64,000 nt of DNA from Lingula anatina. Its lineage: Eukaryota > Animalia > Brachiopoda. The notes beneath the pieces are model-generated. The model was given only the letters and a program-made list of their open reading frames with translations. It was not told the origin of the DNA and did not search any database. A program made the position numbers and the translations under genes. This document shows positions 1 to 12,825 of the stretch, one piece after another; the stretch's first letter is position 1; every line of letters begins with the position of its first letter. Location: contig CM120648.1 of assembly GCA_051362555.1 (NCBI GenBank), forward strand, positions 9,358,587-9,422,586, written 5' to 3'.

Positions 1-89
1 ACGACGGGGAGCGTCCCGACAAAAAACTCAGATTGGACTGGGTGTATCCTTTTTTGCCGAAGGAAACTATGACAAAGCCCCCCCCCCCC

Positions 90-137
<48 letters not shown>

Positions 138-3100
138 GTGTGTTTGTTTGACAGAACGTGTGTTGGTGTGTATGTGGAGGGGGGGGGGTGCATGCCATAC
201 AACGAACCCACAAAATGCTTTGGTGGTCATTTTAATCGGTCATCTCAAAGTTTTTTTAAACTAAATTTCTTGAAACCACGCGCTGAGGATCATTTTGTAG
301 GTGAGGAGTACTGCGAGAATGTCTCCGAATTGATAATGGGAGCATTTTGGCAACATTCTCCTTGCATTTTCATCCATGGCATGAAGAATGTAGTAGAAAC
401 TAAATAAAGCGATTAAATGTTTATAAGAACACCGTTTCCATATATGGTCATTTTATCCTTAACTGGTTGTTAAGTTACGGGTACCGTGGTCATGACGCCC
501 GTAATAATCTGTACGTGTTGCCCAGCAACGAGCTGCTGTATTACGTCGCTGCCGTCGCCATAGTTTACGACAAACAAAGAGAATTACAGCGACATTATAC
601 TGGACACAACGAAGACATTTCTAGGTTAGTGTGACAAAAGATAAACTTCATTTATATTTAAAACCAAGAGTGTAGATTTGACAACTTTTGAAATTTAAAG
701 AAAATTCACAGTTATGTATGCCTGTATAACTTGTATCAAATTTCAGCATGGCGCTTCATCCAAACGAGACATACGTGGCAACTGCACAGCTAGCGGGCGA
801 GACGGCTGACACGGCGGTATGTTTCTATACATAAAACATTGTAACATGGATTAAAAAAAAAAGATTACATTGATTTAAATTTCTTAATTGCCCCTTCGTG
901 TTTATGTTATGTGGTTATTCAATTTTGGGTTTCAATACTTTGTCATATCTAATACATTATCCTAACTTCATAGCATACGAAACATTTTTTAAATTTGATT
1001 TCATTTAGTTCAAACATCTATTGGTGTTGAAAAGCAGCACAGAAATTAAAAAAAGACCTTAACATCTGGAAATAATATCTATATAGCTAAAACTGTGTAA
1101 ACGTCAATATGAAGATTAACTTTTTTGAAGCCATTCTGTATCTCCACCGTTTTTAATTTTGGTACATTTTGCTATTATTTCAGGCTCACATTCGCGTCTG
1201 GGACGTGCGTTCCCTATCGACCTATGCTATCATTGGTTTGGGTGTTTTCCAAGTGGGGTTGAGCTCTCTTGATTTTTCCGCGGAGGTAAGACAATATTGA
1301 CTAGTTTCCCGAAAAAGAATTATAATGTGGCCACAGAATAAAAAGAAGCAAATCTCAACGGACATTACTTTATTTTTAGTATATTCAGGACACTGCCGTG
1401 AAACATTGTATGCCTCTTTTAACTTAATTCACATCAGAGTCTGCCTCTGTATTGCTCTGGAAAACTGCATTCTTCTTACTTCTTCTTACTTCAACTGGTA
1501 CACACAAGGATGTGACCACCAAAAACTGTTCATTTATGCAAATCAAGGTCCTTGTGCAAATGAAGTGTAGTGGATGTGCTTTGTCAGCACACCTAATGCA
1601 ATAGTGACCACCTACTGACTATTTTGTTCTTACAAATGTAGCACCTTCGAAAAAACTACAACTGACATTTCACATTAAACAGAATAAAAATAAAATTTTG
1701 GAAGGCGTAAATAAAGGTATAAACAAATAATATACATATAAATGCAATTAATATGTTACAATTAATAAAAACATCTTTGCATTTTGGACTTTAAAGACAT
1801 TATTATTCCATTATATTTTTCAAACTACTAGTTTCGTTATTTAGAAAGACAGCCTTATGATACTTGTATATTTTTTCGTGTACGTGGTGTGCTGTGGACT
1901 CGTTTCATCTTCTACTCCATTGAAAATTTATGTTTTGCCCAATATGTTTATATATTTTTATGTTACTTTTGCAACCGCAAAATATTCATTCTATTTTCAT
2001 TCCCGTAGAGCGAGGGGGAGTACCTAATGGCTATAGACGAAGGAGAGCGTCACGTGATGAGTGTGTGGAACTGGCAGGACGAGAAGATGCTGGCTAAAAC
2101 TACGGTAAGGATTGACTTAAACTATGTTAAAAACTAGCTAAAATTACGTCAAGAATTGGCTAAAATTCGTTAAAAATTGGCTAAAGCAACGATAAGAAAA
2201 GATTGGCTAAGATAAGAATTGGCTGAATCTAGGTCAGAATTACAATAACCAACGAACCTTTTCTTTGAGTAAACGGTCTTTTAAGACGGCTTTTAATACG
2301 TATCAACATGGTTTTTACGTTTGGAGTTAAACCCTAAATTGCTGATGACGGTAGCACAGTTGTTGACTAAAAGCACTCTAAGAATCAAAATAAAGAACAA
2401 TTCTTTGCACTGTAATGGAATTTGCATGAAATCGTACTTGACACACACATGCACACATCTTCTCATGCATGCTCGCGCGCCCACACGCGCATATTCCAAT
2501 ATAGTAGATTTACCCAATGATAATATCCGAGTCTTGATATGATATCTCACTTATAGCTTACAAACGCCCCAAAGCATTCTTTGGATGACGAAGAGGATGT
2601 AAGTATTTCACATGCATGCTTAAATATTCTTACTTGTCCGGTGTGTTTCCTATGCAGATGAGTGCACGCTTTTACGTCATAGGATGGGTTCACAATGAAT
2701 CTGTCGCACTGGCTACTGCACACAAACTCCGCGGGGACTCTCGCTGAATGCATTCAGATTAACATATGACCACGCCCCCTCCTGGTTTAGAGTAGCATAC
2801 AGAAGAGCTGTCGATTATAAATACGACAACGTTGGAAACAAGAGGGGTAGTGTTCATGCGTAATCTGGTAACGTTCAGCGAGAGTCTCAAAGGAGTAAGT
2901 GTGCAGAAGCTAGTACGATAGATTCATTGCGAGCAAATCCTAAGATATATTTTTTTACTTGTGTTTTGATAATCTGTTTATGTCAAATGTTTAACCATTT
3001 GAACCTGATATCGTCATTCAACTTTTTTTTTTTTTCAATTTATAGTGTCTCTTTTTCATCGAAGTTGCTTTGGTGCCTTTTTGAGTGTTTGCTGCTTTCC

Positions 3101-4089
3101 ATCTATAAATGATAATAATAATAATAATAAACTGAATTGTTCCTTTCTGGTTTTTATCAGCTTTTATATGTATTTTAATACAACAACTTCTTTGTCTATA
3201 ATGTCCGATATCAATCTGAAATCATTATCATTCTGAAATCGTAAGTTTAAAGTAGAGAGGCAAAATTTTCACATATGTCGTACGTGTGCGTCGCTGACTA
3301 AACTGCTTATGTAGAAAGAAAAAAATCAAAAGCAGGGAAAAAGGTACGCAGTCGACAGGATTCGAACCTGTGCGGGGAGACCCCAACAGATTTCTAGTCT
3401 GTCGCCTTAACCACTCGGCCACGACTGCTTATTGCTTCCACCGCGGCAAGAAAATTCGAGCCTCCGATAAATCATTTATATATCTTAAATGGTATTGCAA
3501 ATATATATCTTTATTTTGTATACACTGATATATATATATATATATATATTTTTTTTTTGATAAGCTTTTTAAAGATTTGCGATAATGGGATTTACATCTT
3601 TAATATTAATATATTTATTTCCATCGTAAAGACAATATTTTAAATTAAATTAAATATAAAGCCATCCTTTAAAAAGGTGTTCCAAATGCATTTAGAATTG
3701 TTACCAAAATGACGTTTTGACGTTTTAACATCTCTTACTGTTTTTACTTAAAACTATAAAAATTAAAAAAAAAGATGATAATGAGATTTTATACCAAGTA
3801 AACTATACAGTATATAAACAGTAAATCTGCATGCTTGAATGCAGTTTGAATCTAATATCTACAGTGCCGCCGGAAAGTCACCTTACTTACTCTGCGGGTC
3901 CCATTTCAGACGTCCATAGAGACGGTAATATGGGGCTGTTTCCACCCGCAAGACGACACGACTCTTGTGACGTACGGTGAGGAACATATCCACTTCTGGA
4001 AAATATTCTGGGACAGTCGGTCCAAAACTGCCAAGATCCTCAGAGACAAGAAAAGTGGTTTCTTTAAAGTAAGTACAAATGATAGACAA

Positions 4090-4162
<73 letters not shown>

Positions 4163-7100
4163 TAGCTTTTTATCATATAGTAAAATGGTCCTCACTTGAA
4201 TTGATTCTTATAAGTAGGGTAGAATCTAGAGCTTTTTCTTTGTTAAATATGTATATAAAAAAGACAACATGATTTCGATCCTTGTTTGCACGGTGTTTTA
4301 ATTTGCTGACGTAATGGCCTTGTGGCTTAGTTGGTTAAAGCGCCTGTCTAGTAAACAGGAGATCCTGAGTTCGAATCTCGGCAAGGCCTTTTTTTTTGTA
4401 TAGCACTGTGTAAATGAAGATAAATCTTCGCCACACACCTGTGTTTTAGCGTTTATTGTCGTCCATCTCTGATAGCATTAATCCAACGCCAAAGCGAGAT
4501 GAGTATTTAATTTAGTCTAACTCCTCCTCCTCCATTTTCTCATATTCCCTGTATATTGTATGTCACATTCTACATCTCGTATATGTAATATTAAAAATGA
4601 TAATTTGATTCAACTCATCAGGAAGACCCTCCCAAGTTTGTGACCGCCATAGCGTTTTCTGCCAATGGTGACGTCATTACTGGCGATTCCAGTGGTCGCA
4701 TTCTGGTGTGGTCACGTGACTCAGCTGACGCATACGTCATAAACACACGGTGCTCCGAAAGTATGCGACGCGCTCACAGGGTAGGGCTACTATCATTATT
4801 GTGAACCTGGTGGTATTATATAAAGCTAAACAAATAATGACTTACGGCAAAACATATATCCATAAAATTGATTACTTATAGTTGTGCTTAAGGCTTTATA
4901 TTTCAAATTTCGTAGAATCAATTCCATTAAAAATATTAATTTTACTTCTCACTTTATGTATTTTGGTACTTTACATTTGTAGAAGACGGTGTTTGCCCTG
5001 TGCATGCTTGAAGACGGTTCTTTACTGTCGGGTGCCGGCGACGAAATCAAAGCCTGGGACTCCAGTGACAAGTACAGAAACATCAGGGACAGGACGGTAA
5101 GACTTCATCCGGACAAAGTGCAGATGGCAGCACTTACAGATTTTGTGTGACGTCACAAATACGGAATTACCCGATATTGACCGAATGGAATGGATCCGTT
5201 ATACGGGACTGTGGGATTCCATATGACAATCTTCATTGAGCTTTTAGGCTCTTCTGTGGTTTTGTGTATGGCTGACAGCGCGCACTGAACGTAACTTAAC
5301 TTGGTTTTCTCCGACCGTTCAACCTAATACATACATTTACAATGTGATTATAATTAATCAAGTATTTTTTCTTTCCTTTTTCTTTCCTTTACATTTATTT
5401 TTGATTCTTTCTTATTTTTGAACTAGTTAAAAAGAAAACCAGCGTGATTACATGTAACAGGATGGTAGGCCTATACATGAACACAATTATTGAGAAATGG
5501 GGCAAATTATGTTCCACCATATTATTTCTGTGACTTTTACACAATTAGTTCATTAAAATGCTTCAGACTTTATGTGATAATCCCACCACGTTCACGGGCG
5601 CCAATCCCGGAATACCGTCATTAACATATTCTTGAAATTTCCTATCAACCGCATTTCTGCTGTATTAACTTCTGCTGTATGAATAATTATCACTTTTTTA
5701 AATTTAGATCCCAGAAAGCGCTGGTTATGTCCGGACGCTGGTCCCCCAGAGCCTGCTGACAGCAGACGACACGTTGTTTGTTGGAACCACGAAGAATATC
5801 GTCCTAGAGGGGTCGCTGCAGCATAAGTTCAGAGCCGTTGTACAGGTGTGTTTTAAAAAAGATGTGGGCATCTGGTATTTTTATCTGAAAAAAAAATATG
5901 TAAAAATAATGTTAAAGAAAGAAACTTATTGGTATGGGTTTATATTTCTGTCTTCTTGTCAGCATCCAAACGAGGAGTCACATCCGGGTCACATCCGGGC
6001 TCTTACATTGTGGTTGTTTCTTTCCTTTCTTGATCCCAGGCTTCTGGCTTAGATATAAGTTATCGAATATTTAAATCAATTTACAATAGACTGTTTTATA
6101 TTTCCACTAAATTTACCAGGGGCGTTTCGAATAAACTTGGCGGTCATAGGTCACAACCCTTCAAGATGTAACGTTTTTTCCCCTTTCTCTTCACTTCACT
6201 TTGATGTCTTTACATCACGCATATCTACATCATTTTTTCACACAGTTTAATTAATTTGCTATAAATTAACCAGGGACACGTGGAAGAGGTTTGGACGGCG
6301 GCCATATCCCCGTCAGAGCACGCGTTCGTCACCGCCGGCCATGACATGATGGTCTGCAAGTGGTCAGCGGTCAGTCATAAAATGCTGTGGAAGGTCTACG
6401 TGGACAGTGCCTGCTGGGCCTCAGGTAGATCTTATCAAACCCCCCTTTACACTAGACGGCGTCCTTTCTGCGTCCTTTGTATTGCGCGCCCATGAATCTG
6501 GCATCGCTGTGGTCGTAGAAAGGAGGAACATGCATTGCTCTGGTTGAAGAATGAATGCTCAATGATCGGCCAGTTGTCGGCACGTTAAGTATTATTTTTT
6601 TACTCCCAAACGGGGCCGTACTACGGGACAAAGAAAGGACGCCATCCAGTGTTAAGGGGGCTTAAGGACCCATCCGTTTATGGGGCCGTAGGTCTATTTG
6701 GAAGTAAAGGGAGGCGCCACTGACGACTGATATCACTTTGAAAGGAATGCTGTACAGGTTTAAAAATTCCCCAAAGTCACACATTCTGTTTCTATGTATC
6801 CTGCAAAACTACAAACCTTTCCCAATTTAGACCTTATAAACTATAAAACCTCTCAAATAAAAGTGCTCGACGTTGATAGGTTCTACAGAAAAACATGGCG
6901 TTCTAAATGACTGGTCAGCCATTTAGTACTAAAGCACTTAATTCAAAATAGAAAAGCATCGGATCCAAGTTATGGGACGGGTCGAGCAATAATTAGGGAG
7001 AAAATTGTTTTTCTCCCCGATTAAATATCATTTTGGTTGGCAAACCTCTTCTAGAGTACCTTGAAGCATTGCACCTCAAATTTAAGTGATTCCTGGAAAC

Positions 7101-7628
7101 TTGTCCCTCTCCTGTCAGAATACAGATCTGATACTGCGAACTGCAAATGCATGTAGATGGCAGAGGAGTGAATTTCTAAGAAACTCTGAACACACAAAGG
7201 GCAATGACGTGGCAATTAGTGCATTCAAACCGTACACGCTAATCACTGTATTATCGAGATTAGACATGTATCCAGGTTCTATTTCTTTTAATATACAGAG
7301 CATGTACATGTATGTTCCCAGCTAATCCAGAACGTTAATTGTAACGTCATCACAATGTTACTAATCAATATATGACGTTATTGTAATCTCATCAAAACGT
7401 TTTGTGTAAGCTGGGTTGCTCATGACTTTTCTCATTTTAAATTCCTGGTATAAAAAGCTTAAAAAAGTTAAAAATTACTCGCTAAGACATTTTAATCTAA
7501 AAAAAAGCTTTTCTTCCGTTCGATTTCATTAAATGTGAATACATACTTCATTATGCAGTATAGTAACGCACTAACAACTTTTTGCCTGTCACAATCTGAT
7601 TTACATGTTTACGTATAGCCATGCCTAT

Positions 7629-7675
<47 letters not shown>

Positions 7676-8091
7676 TTTCCACTAACGCCCTCCTGTGTCG
7701 GTGTATATATCATTAAAATAATTGTTTTCCATAGCGTATCACCCTGAGGGTCACACCGTTGTTATTGGGACAGAGACGGGACAGGTGATCGTGCTGAACG
7801 CTAACAATGGCAGCCAGCTCGCCTCCTTCAACGCTTCTCACGAGAAGATACAGACCGTGCAGTACTCCCCAGGTTTGTAGATATAGTTGATACGGTAACA
7901 AAGTTTACCTGTTTTGTTTGTTATTTTTATGTACAATCACAAAATAAAACTGTACAATCACAAAATCACAAAATAAAACTGACACAATTTTAAGACTTAT
8001 ATTCATCTAAATGGTTTTACTTCTTTTATTTAGTGTGCATGTGAATTTTTGTTTCTCATCTAAAATTTCTTTGGTCGAAAGATGCAAGAGT

Positions 8092-8146
<55 letters not shown>

Positions 8147-10280
8147 AGTTATGAAATATCATTTGAACGGTATGTAATGAAAACGAGTTTCTCCTTTATT
8201 GTATTTTCGTATTTCAGATGGTGCCATGCTGGCTATTGGTTGCCATGACAACACGATATACGTGTTTGATGTTCTGGAGAAGAGGCGATCATACCGGAGA
8301 CACGGCCAGGGTTTTCTGAGGGTAATTTCATTTGACATAAAATAAGCTAACTTCAACATTTTCGGCTGACATCAACGTTGCGGACTGATATCGATATAAG
8401 TTTGATGTGATCATCTTACTTATGTCAGTTTTTCGTATTTCAGTACGTCAGTGAAAGGATTTTTTCAGCATCTTTCTTTTTGGTTTTCTATCATTAGTAA
8501 GATAACCGTTAGGGGTAAACCCCCCCTCACTCAGCTCTTATTGAGGTTTTCGTGAATGTTTTATTAAAGACTGACGTAAATGAACTTCGGATCAACCCGC
8601 CGTTCATTAACTTGTTCACGAGCTCATTCTTTAATTCAATTTAATTGTGTGGGCTTTGAAACAAAAAAGTACCGCCATCACTGTTTCTGAAAACATAGAA
8701 TTACATGAAATGCATACATCCAGCGTTGTTTAATTATTCATGTTGTAGTGTATCATTTTATTACAAAACCACTTAGATATCTTTTTTAATTCAGGGACAT
8801 AAAAATTTCGTGTTGAATCTCGACTGGTCACGCGACAGCGGTTTCCTAAGGAGCGTTTCTGGGGATTGCGACACCCTTTTCTGTGAGTAAACGTTCTCGT
8901 TTCTTGAAAATAAAAACATTAATAAATTCAAAACACGGTTCAAGGAAAAATATACGATAATGTGACATGGTTGAATAGTTTACACGCTGACACTCGTTTA
9001 ACATATTATTTGAACATTATCATTATATATGTAGTTCTTTTAATTTTGAAAAATACGTGTATGTGACACTTATTTTATTTAATTTCTTATTGCTTATTTA
9101 TTATTATCTTTGCGTTCCATTGCTAACTTGTTAATGTTCCTTTCAGGGAATGTTAATTCTATGCAGCAAGAAAAACCGGCCAAAAGTCTGCGTGACGTAG
9201 ACTGGCACACGCACAACTGCATTCTGGGATACCATGTCATAGGTGCGAACATGGTCATTTAAAGAACCAGGATCTCTTCTAAAGAATTGCCAATTGTTTT
9301 GTTAGCGATAAGTCTTCATATCTACACGCTAGAAATTATCAAACATATGGTCATGAATACAGATTATTTGTAAAATGGAATCAGCTTCGTAATTATTTGG
9401 TTATTTGGCGTTATTATAACCTGCAGAGTCCAAAAAATAAAAATAAACTGGTCATCTTCAACATTCTTAAAGTTCCGAACTTGTGAACAAAATTCACTGG
9501 CATCACCCAAAATAGCCTACTTTGACGTCGTTTTTATCTACAAATGATGGAAATGCCGTTTCAATGCCTTTCACAGGATTTCTTCAATACAGATACTACT
9601 TATCGGTCAAATATACTTTTTACAGATATTTTGACACAAATAATTCACCTACTTTTCCTTTAAGGTGCTTGGTCCAACCTCGTGGAGGGGGAGGACCTTA
9701 GCTGCACGGCGCGTTCCCACTACAGGGACTATTTAGCTGTCGGAGATACAGAGGGCGCAGTTAGGCTCTACAAATATCCATGTGCTGCGCACAAGGTATG
9801 TTGTCCAGAAATGCCTCTACTTTGAAGTTTATAGTATATGGCTCTACTTTGTATATTTAAGAACCTGAACGATATATATTAGAATTGAAAAGTTTCGACT
9901 AATAAAGAGTGCACTTTCCCACAAGGAAAATTGAGTTTAGATTTCTTTGCTTCTGAAGGATAGTTAAACGAATAATTTGACTACGGACTTGTACCGAGAT
10001 CGTATCAGCCTCTTAATACGTAGCCGTTCAAGCAGTACCGTCTGAAAATATTTTTCAAAAAATGTGAACAAACTTATTTCAACTACATTTCATCACGTAA
10101 AACTTGAAACACTCTCTTACTACATTACCATTTCAGCCTGAGTACTACGAAAAGAAGCACTATTCGTCCAACGTGACGTCAGTGGGTTTTCTGTTTGACG
10201 ACAGTTACGTCATAAGCACGGGAGGAGTGGACGCCGGGGTGATGCAGTTTGCTGTGGTGGAACCGCTAACCCCAAGGTAG
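1..10280 (+). CDS. EML: Echinoderm microtubule-associated protein-like (EML/EMAP family; HELP motif + WD40 TAPE domain), 5'-truncated by the window edge; 16 exons, ~626 aa visible
   Basis: Hand-spliced exons 1-43, 475-624, 747-816, 1184-1285, 2009-2104, 3910-4068, 4622-4780, 4983-5096, 5708-5845, 6274-6424, 7735-7872, 8218-8321, 8795-8882, 9147-9242, 9665-9795, 10137-10280 (TAG). All introns are GT-AG with consistent phases and give one ORF: HELP motif [80 protein letters not shown]. Paralog assignment is uncertain. Confidence 0.93.
44..474 (+). other. U12-type (minor spliceosome) GT-AG intron inside the EML HELP motif
   Basis: 5' site GTATCCTTTT at 44; branch point TCCTTAAC at 456-463, 11 nt before the end of the AG at 473-474; no polypyrimidine tract; splicing restores W-V-Y-G-Y-R-G. 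Confidence 0.92.
78..142. repeat. Compound microsatellite C-run/(TC)n/(TG)n
   Basis: Seen directly; lies inside the U12 intron. Confidence 0.9.
2128..2228. repeat. Degenerate ~20-bp minisatellite (AAGAATTGGCTAAAAT core)
   Basis: About 5 imperfect copies of a(a/g)aattggctaa. Confidence 0.6.
2680..2942. mobile_element. Foldback/palindromic MITE-like element bounded by TA
   Basis: Arms of ~110 bp are imperfect reverse complements (AGGAT..CAATGAATCT..CTGCACAC..GACTCTCGCTGAA / TTCAGCGAGAGTC..GTGTGCAG..AGATTCATTG..ATCCT). Confidence 0.7.
3347..3428 (-). tRNA. tRNA-Ser (anticodon AGA), in an EML intron, antisense
   Basis: Reverse complement GCAGTCG TGGCCGAGTGGTTAAGGCG ACAGA CT AGA AA TCTGT, long variable arm GGGG-TCT-CCCC, ACAGG TTCGAAT CCTGT CGACTGC G; 82 nt; T5 Pol III terminator just downstream (3338-3342). 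Confidence 0.96.
4090..4160. repeat. (CT)n(AT)n microsatellite
   Basis: Seen directly. Confidence 0.9.
4316..4389 (+). tRNA. tRNA-Thr (anticodon AGT), in an EML intron, sense
   Basis: GGCCTTG TGGCTTAGTTGGTTAAAGCG CCTGT CT AGT AA ACAGG AGATC CTGAG TTCGAAT CTCGG CAAGGCC T, followed directly by a T-run terminator. Confidence 0.96.
6439..6662. mobile_element. MITE with ~30-bp TIRs (PIF/Harbinger-like termini)
   Basis: CCCCCTTTACACTAGACGGCGTCCTTTCT ... AGAAAGGACGCCATCCAGTGTTAAGGGGG; starts ~14 nt after the EML donor at 6425; TSD unclear. Confidence 0.65.
7626..7678. repeat. (TATT)n microsatellite
   Basis: Seen directly. Confidence 0.9.
8093..8143. repeat. (CT)n microsatellite
   Basis: Seen directly. 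Confidence 0.9.
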
Positions 10281-10501
10281 CCGATGATTTAACCCCACAC
10301 CTTCTACGCCTCTCAACTGACACTCGCTGGAGACACACACTGGAAAATTATTCGCGATGTTAGATACTTACCATTTGCATCGTAATGCAGTAATTCATTG
10401 AGTCCTGGCGTAGGGAAGCTAAGGTCACGTGTGTCTCTGCAACTCGTAGGTCGGGGTGAGAAACCCATCGCTCCAAATTTACATTGTCAACACTGCTTGC
10501 G

Positions 10502-10503
10502 AA

Positions 10504-10550
<47 letters not shown>

Positions 10551-10551
10551 A
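10502..10551 (+). repeat. (AATA)n microsatellite 3' of the EML stop
   Basis: About 12 units; contains overlapping AATAAA hexamers. Confidence 0.9.
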
Positions 10552-11103
10552 TTGTTGATAGATGTATGGCTCCACTAATTTGTAAAACAAAAAATCAAAT
10601 CGAAATATTTCAGTGTACAGTTTATATTAATTTTACAATGCTAAATAGGTTTGTTAACAATGAACGTTTAATCTGGCAATGAAAAACCGTGCATTGGAAA
10701 ATCACTGCTAAATGATTAAAATGATTTCAAAATCGAATAAGATATATAGGAAAAAGATATAAAATATTTTGATATAAGAATGTAATGTTTTATTTTACAG
10801 TTTATGTGTATTGTAAAGACAAAGTACATGTAGAAAGGATTATTGTATCATATTTTTATATAAGTTTCTTTCTTTTTCTTTTCATGGTTTTTTCACTTTT
10901 TTATTGATAAAACGATAATAATGACAGGAAAGAATTAAAAATATATTTATAATTTTTAAATATGTATTTTTGCGCTTATGACTTGTAATTGCAAGGTTGC
11001 TTGGACACTTTGCTTGATTAAAAAACTTTCTACTTCACAGTTATGAGGTAATTGGGACATTTTGTGCTATAGGACCACTCTCAGCGACAAAATCATGAAA
11101 TGA

Positions 11104-11195
11104 CACCAGATATGATAATAACATTGATGATGATAATGATGAAATAAAATACACCGGATATAATAATAACGTTGATGATAATGATGAAATAAAAT
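11104..11195. repeat. Two-copy ~46-bp tandem duplication
   Basis: CACC(A/G)GATAT(G/A)ATAATAAC(A/G)TTGATGAT..AATGATGAAATAAAATA twice. Confidence 0.75.
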
Positions 11196-11979
11196 AGTTT
11201 TCATACAGAAATTGTATGTCGTTATAAAAATAAGGCTGTAAAGACTCCGTATCAACGATGTTAATCACATGCAGGGGCTAATATGATTTAAAGAAAAAAA
11301 GAATGTGAAAGGTGGTCTTAAATCGAAGAAAGAAAGCTTTAGCTTAGTTGACTACTTCAAGGGGGGAGATCCGGTCCGCTCTGGCTAAATTGATCTAGGC
11401 ACATGACGCTTTCATAGTATAGGTCCACCTTTTCAGAAAGAAGACCTCCCCCCCCCCCTCCCCCCTTTGAAATTGCTGGCTACGGGCCTGTGGATATTGG
11501 ATTTCTTTTTGAAATTAAAAAAAGATAAAACAAAGTGGTTATGTTTGAGTTTTAGAATTTTTGATGCTAATTACCTCAGTCGGGAAGGTATGTTTTCTCC
11601 ACCTCTTTTTCTGTTGGTCTGCCTGTTTGACACCAGTTAAACTAGTGCTTTTCTAGTTTGTTTAGCAAACGTGTTCATTCTTCATCACTGAAGCAGACCA
11701 ACAGATTCGTTCTTGCACTTACGTTCTTTTGGTACCCAAGATCAAACGAAATATACTACAGAAAACAGAAACTAATTTTTAGTGCATTTTATTTGTATAT
11801 ATTGGCCTAATCAATCATTATAAATTATTGCCATATAAGGTCCAGCGCGAAATGGTCGCGTCCAGAAATTCGTGCTCATCCGGCTGTCACATCTAACAGA
11901 ACGAAGCTGTGGTCCTAATAATCTTTCCTGGGGATCTTAATTCTTTTCTTCTATATGCTTTTGGTACGGGATTTTCGTT

Positions 11980-12152
11980 CCGGTGTAACGTGACAGAGAG
12001 TCCCCCATAACAGAGTTTTCGCTTTTCATTCATTTGTACATATGTGCCTCATCCTAGATTTTGACCCACTTAGGTCAGACTAACCCCAACCATTATAACT
12101 ATATGGAGGGCGGACTTTCTGTTACACGGACCCTCAGTTTCGTTACACCAGG
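11980..12152. mobile_element. MITE-like element with degenerate TIRs
   Basis: CCGGTGTAACGTGACAGAGAGTCC..TAACAGA ... TCTGTTACACGGACCCTCAGTTTCGTTACACCAGG. Confidence 0.5.
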
Positions 12153-12691
12153 TCTAATTATTTTTCAAGAATAAAGCGTTTTTCCTACACATGAATCATC
12201 ACTCAATCCGTTCATGTTTTTGGATTCAATGCTCTGTTACATCTTTGTTTATTAAAATAGTTCCAAATGAGATATTATTCAATTTGACCGCCCGTCTTCC
12301 TGACATTTCAGGAACGAACATCGACATTTAGTACTTTTTTTGGGAGATTGAAGCTTTTAAGGTCAGAATTAGGAAAGTTAAATACCTTTGCAGGATATTC
12401 AAATATTCAAAATATGACTTAGGAACACTTCCAAAAACATAATGTACAGGCCTACTCATGATGACAAAAGCGGACCATTTTCAAAGCTCGGCAAGATTAC
12501 AATCTATACATCATCAACAATATAAATCAATATAACATTGTGCCGCTGGAGTTTATACAAAACTTATGTCGTTTGGGGTACATAAGTAAGTACTATAAAG
12601 AATGGCAAATTTGAGCAAAATCTCCGAAAACTTTGATAACTTTCAACTCCAGCCCGTTTCCGAACGCGCAGACAAGCATGGCTTCGGCATA

Positions 12692-12825
12692 CCCTCTACC
12701 AGAGCCGCAGTTATTATTGTGGACATTTTTTGCTGAATCAACTGAGAACCAAAATGACTGTCTATTTATCTATTGACATATCTGTGAATATCTGTGGAAA
12801 ATCAATCTGTCGCCCTGGTAGAGGG
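12692..12825. mobile_element. TA-flanked MITE, family A copy 1
   Basis: TA|CCCTCTACCAG...CTGGTAGAGGG|TA; diverged second copy at 40891-41023 in the opposite orientation (ATATCTGTGAATA vs TATTCACAGATAT). Confidence 0.75.

Noticed and set aside
33-407. 124-aa ORF in the ORF track
   Set aside because: It runs through the U12 intron and a microsatellite; only the first few codons belong to the EML exon.
3380-3400. CTAG in the tRNA anticodon region, suggesting an amber suppressor (CUA) tRNA
   Set aside because: The 7-nt loop is CT-AGA-AA, so the anticodon is AGA (Ser). The second tRNA is CT-AGT-AA (Thr).
10278-10292. EML stop TAG followed by C (possible readthrough)
   Set aside because: The next in-frame stop is four codons later; nothing else supports readthrough.
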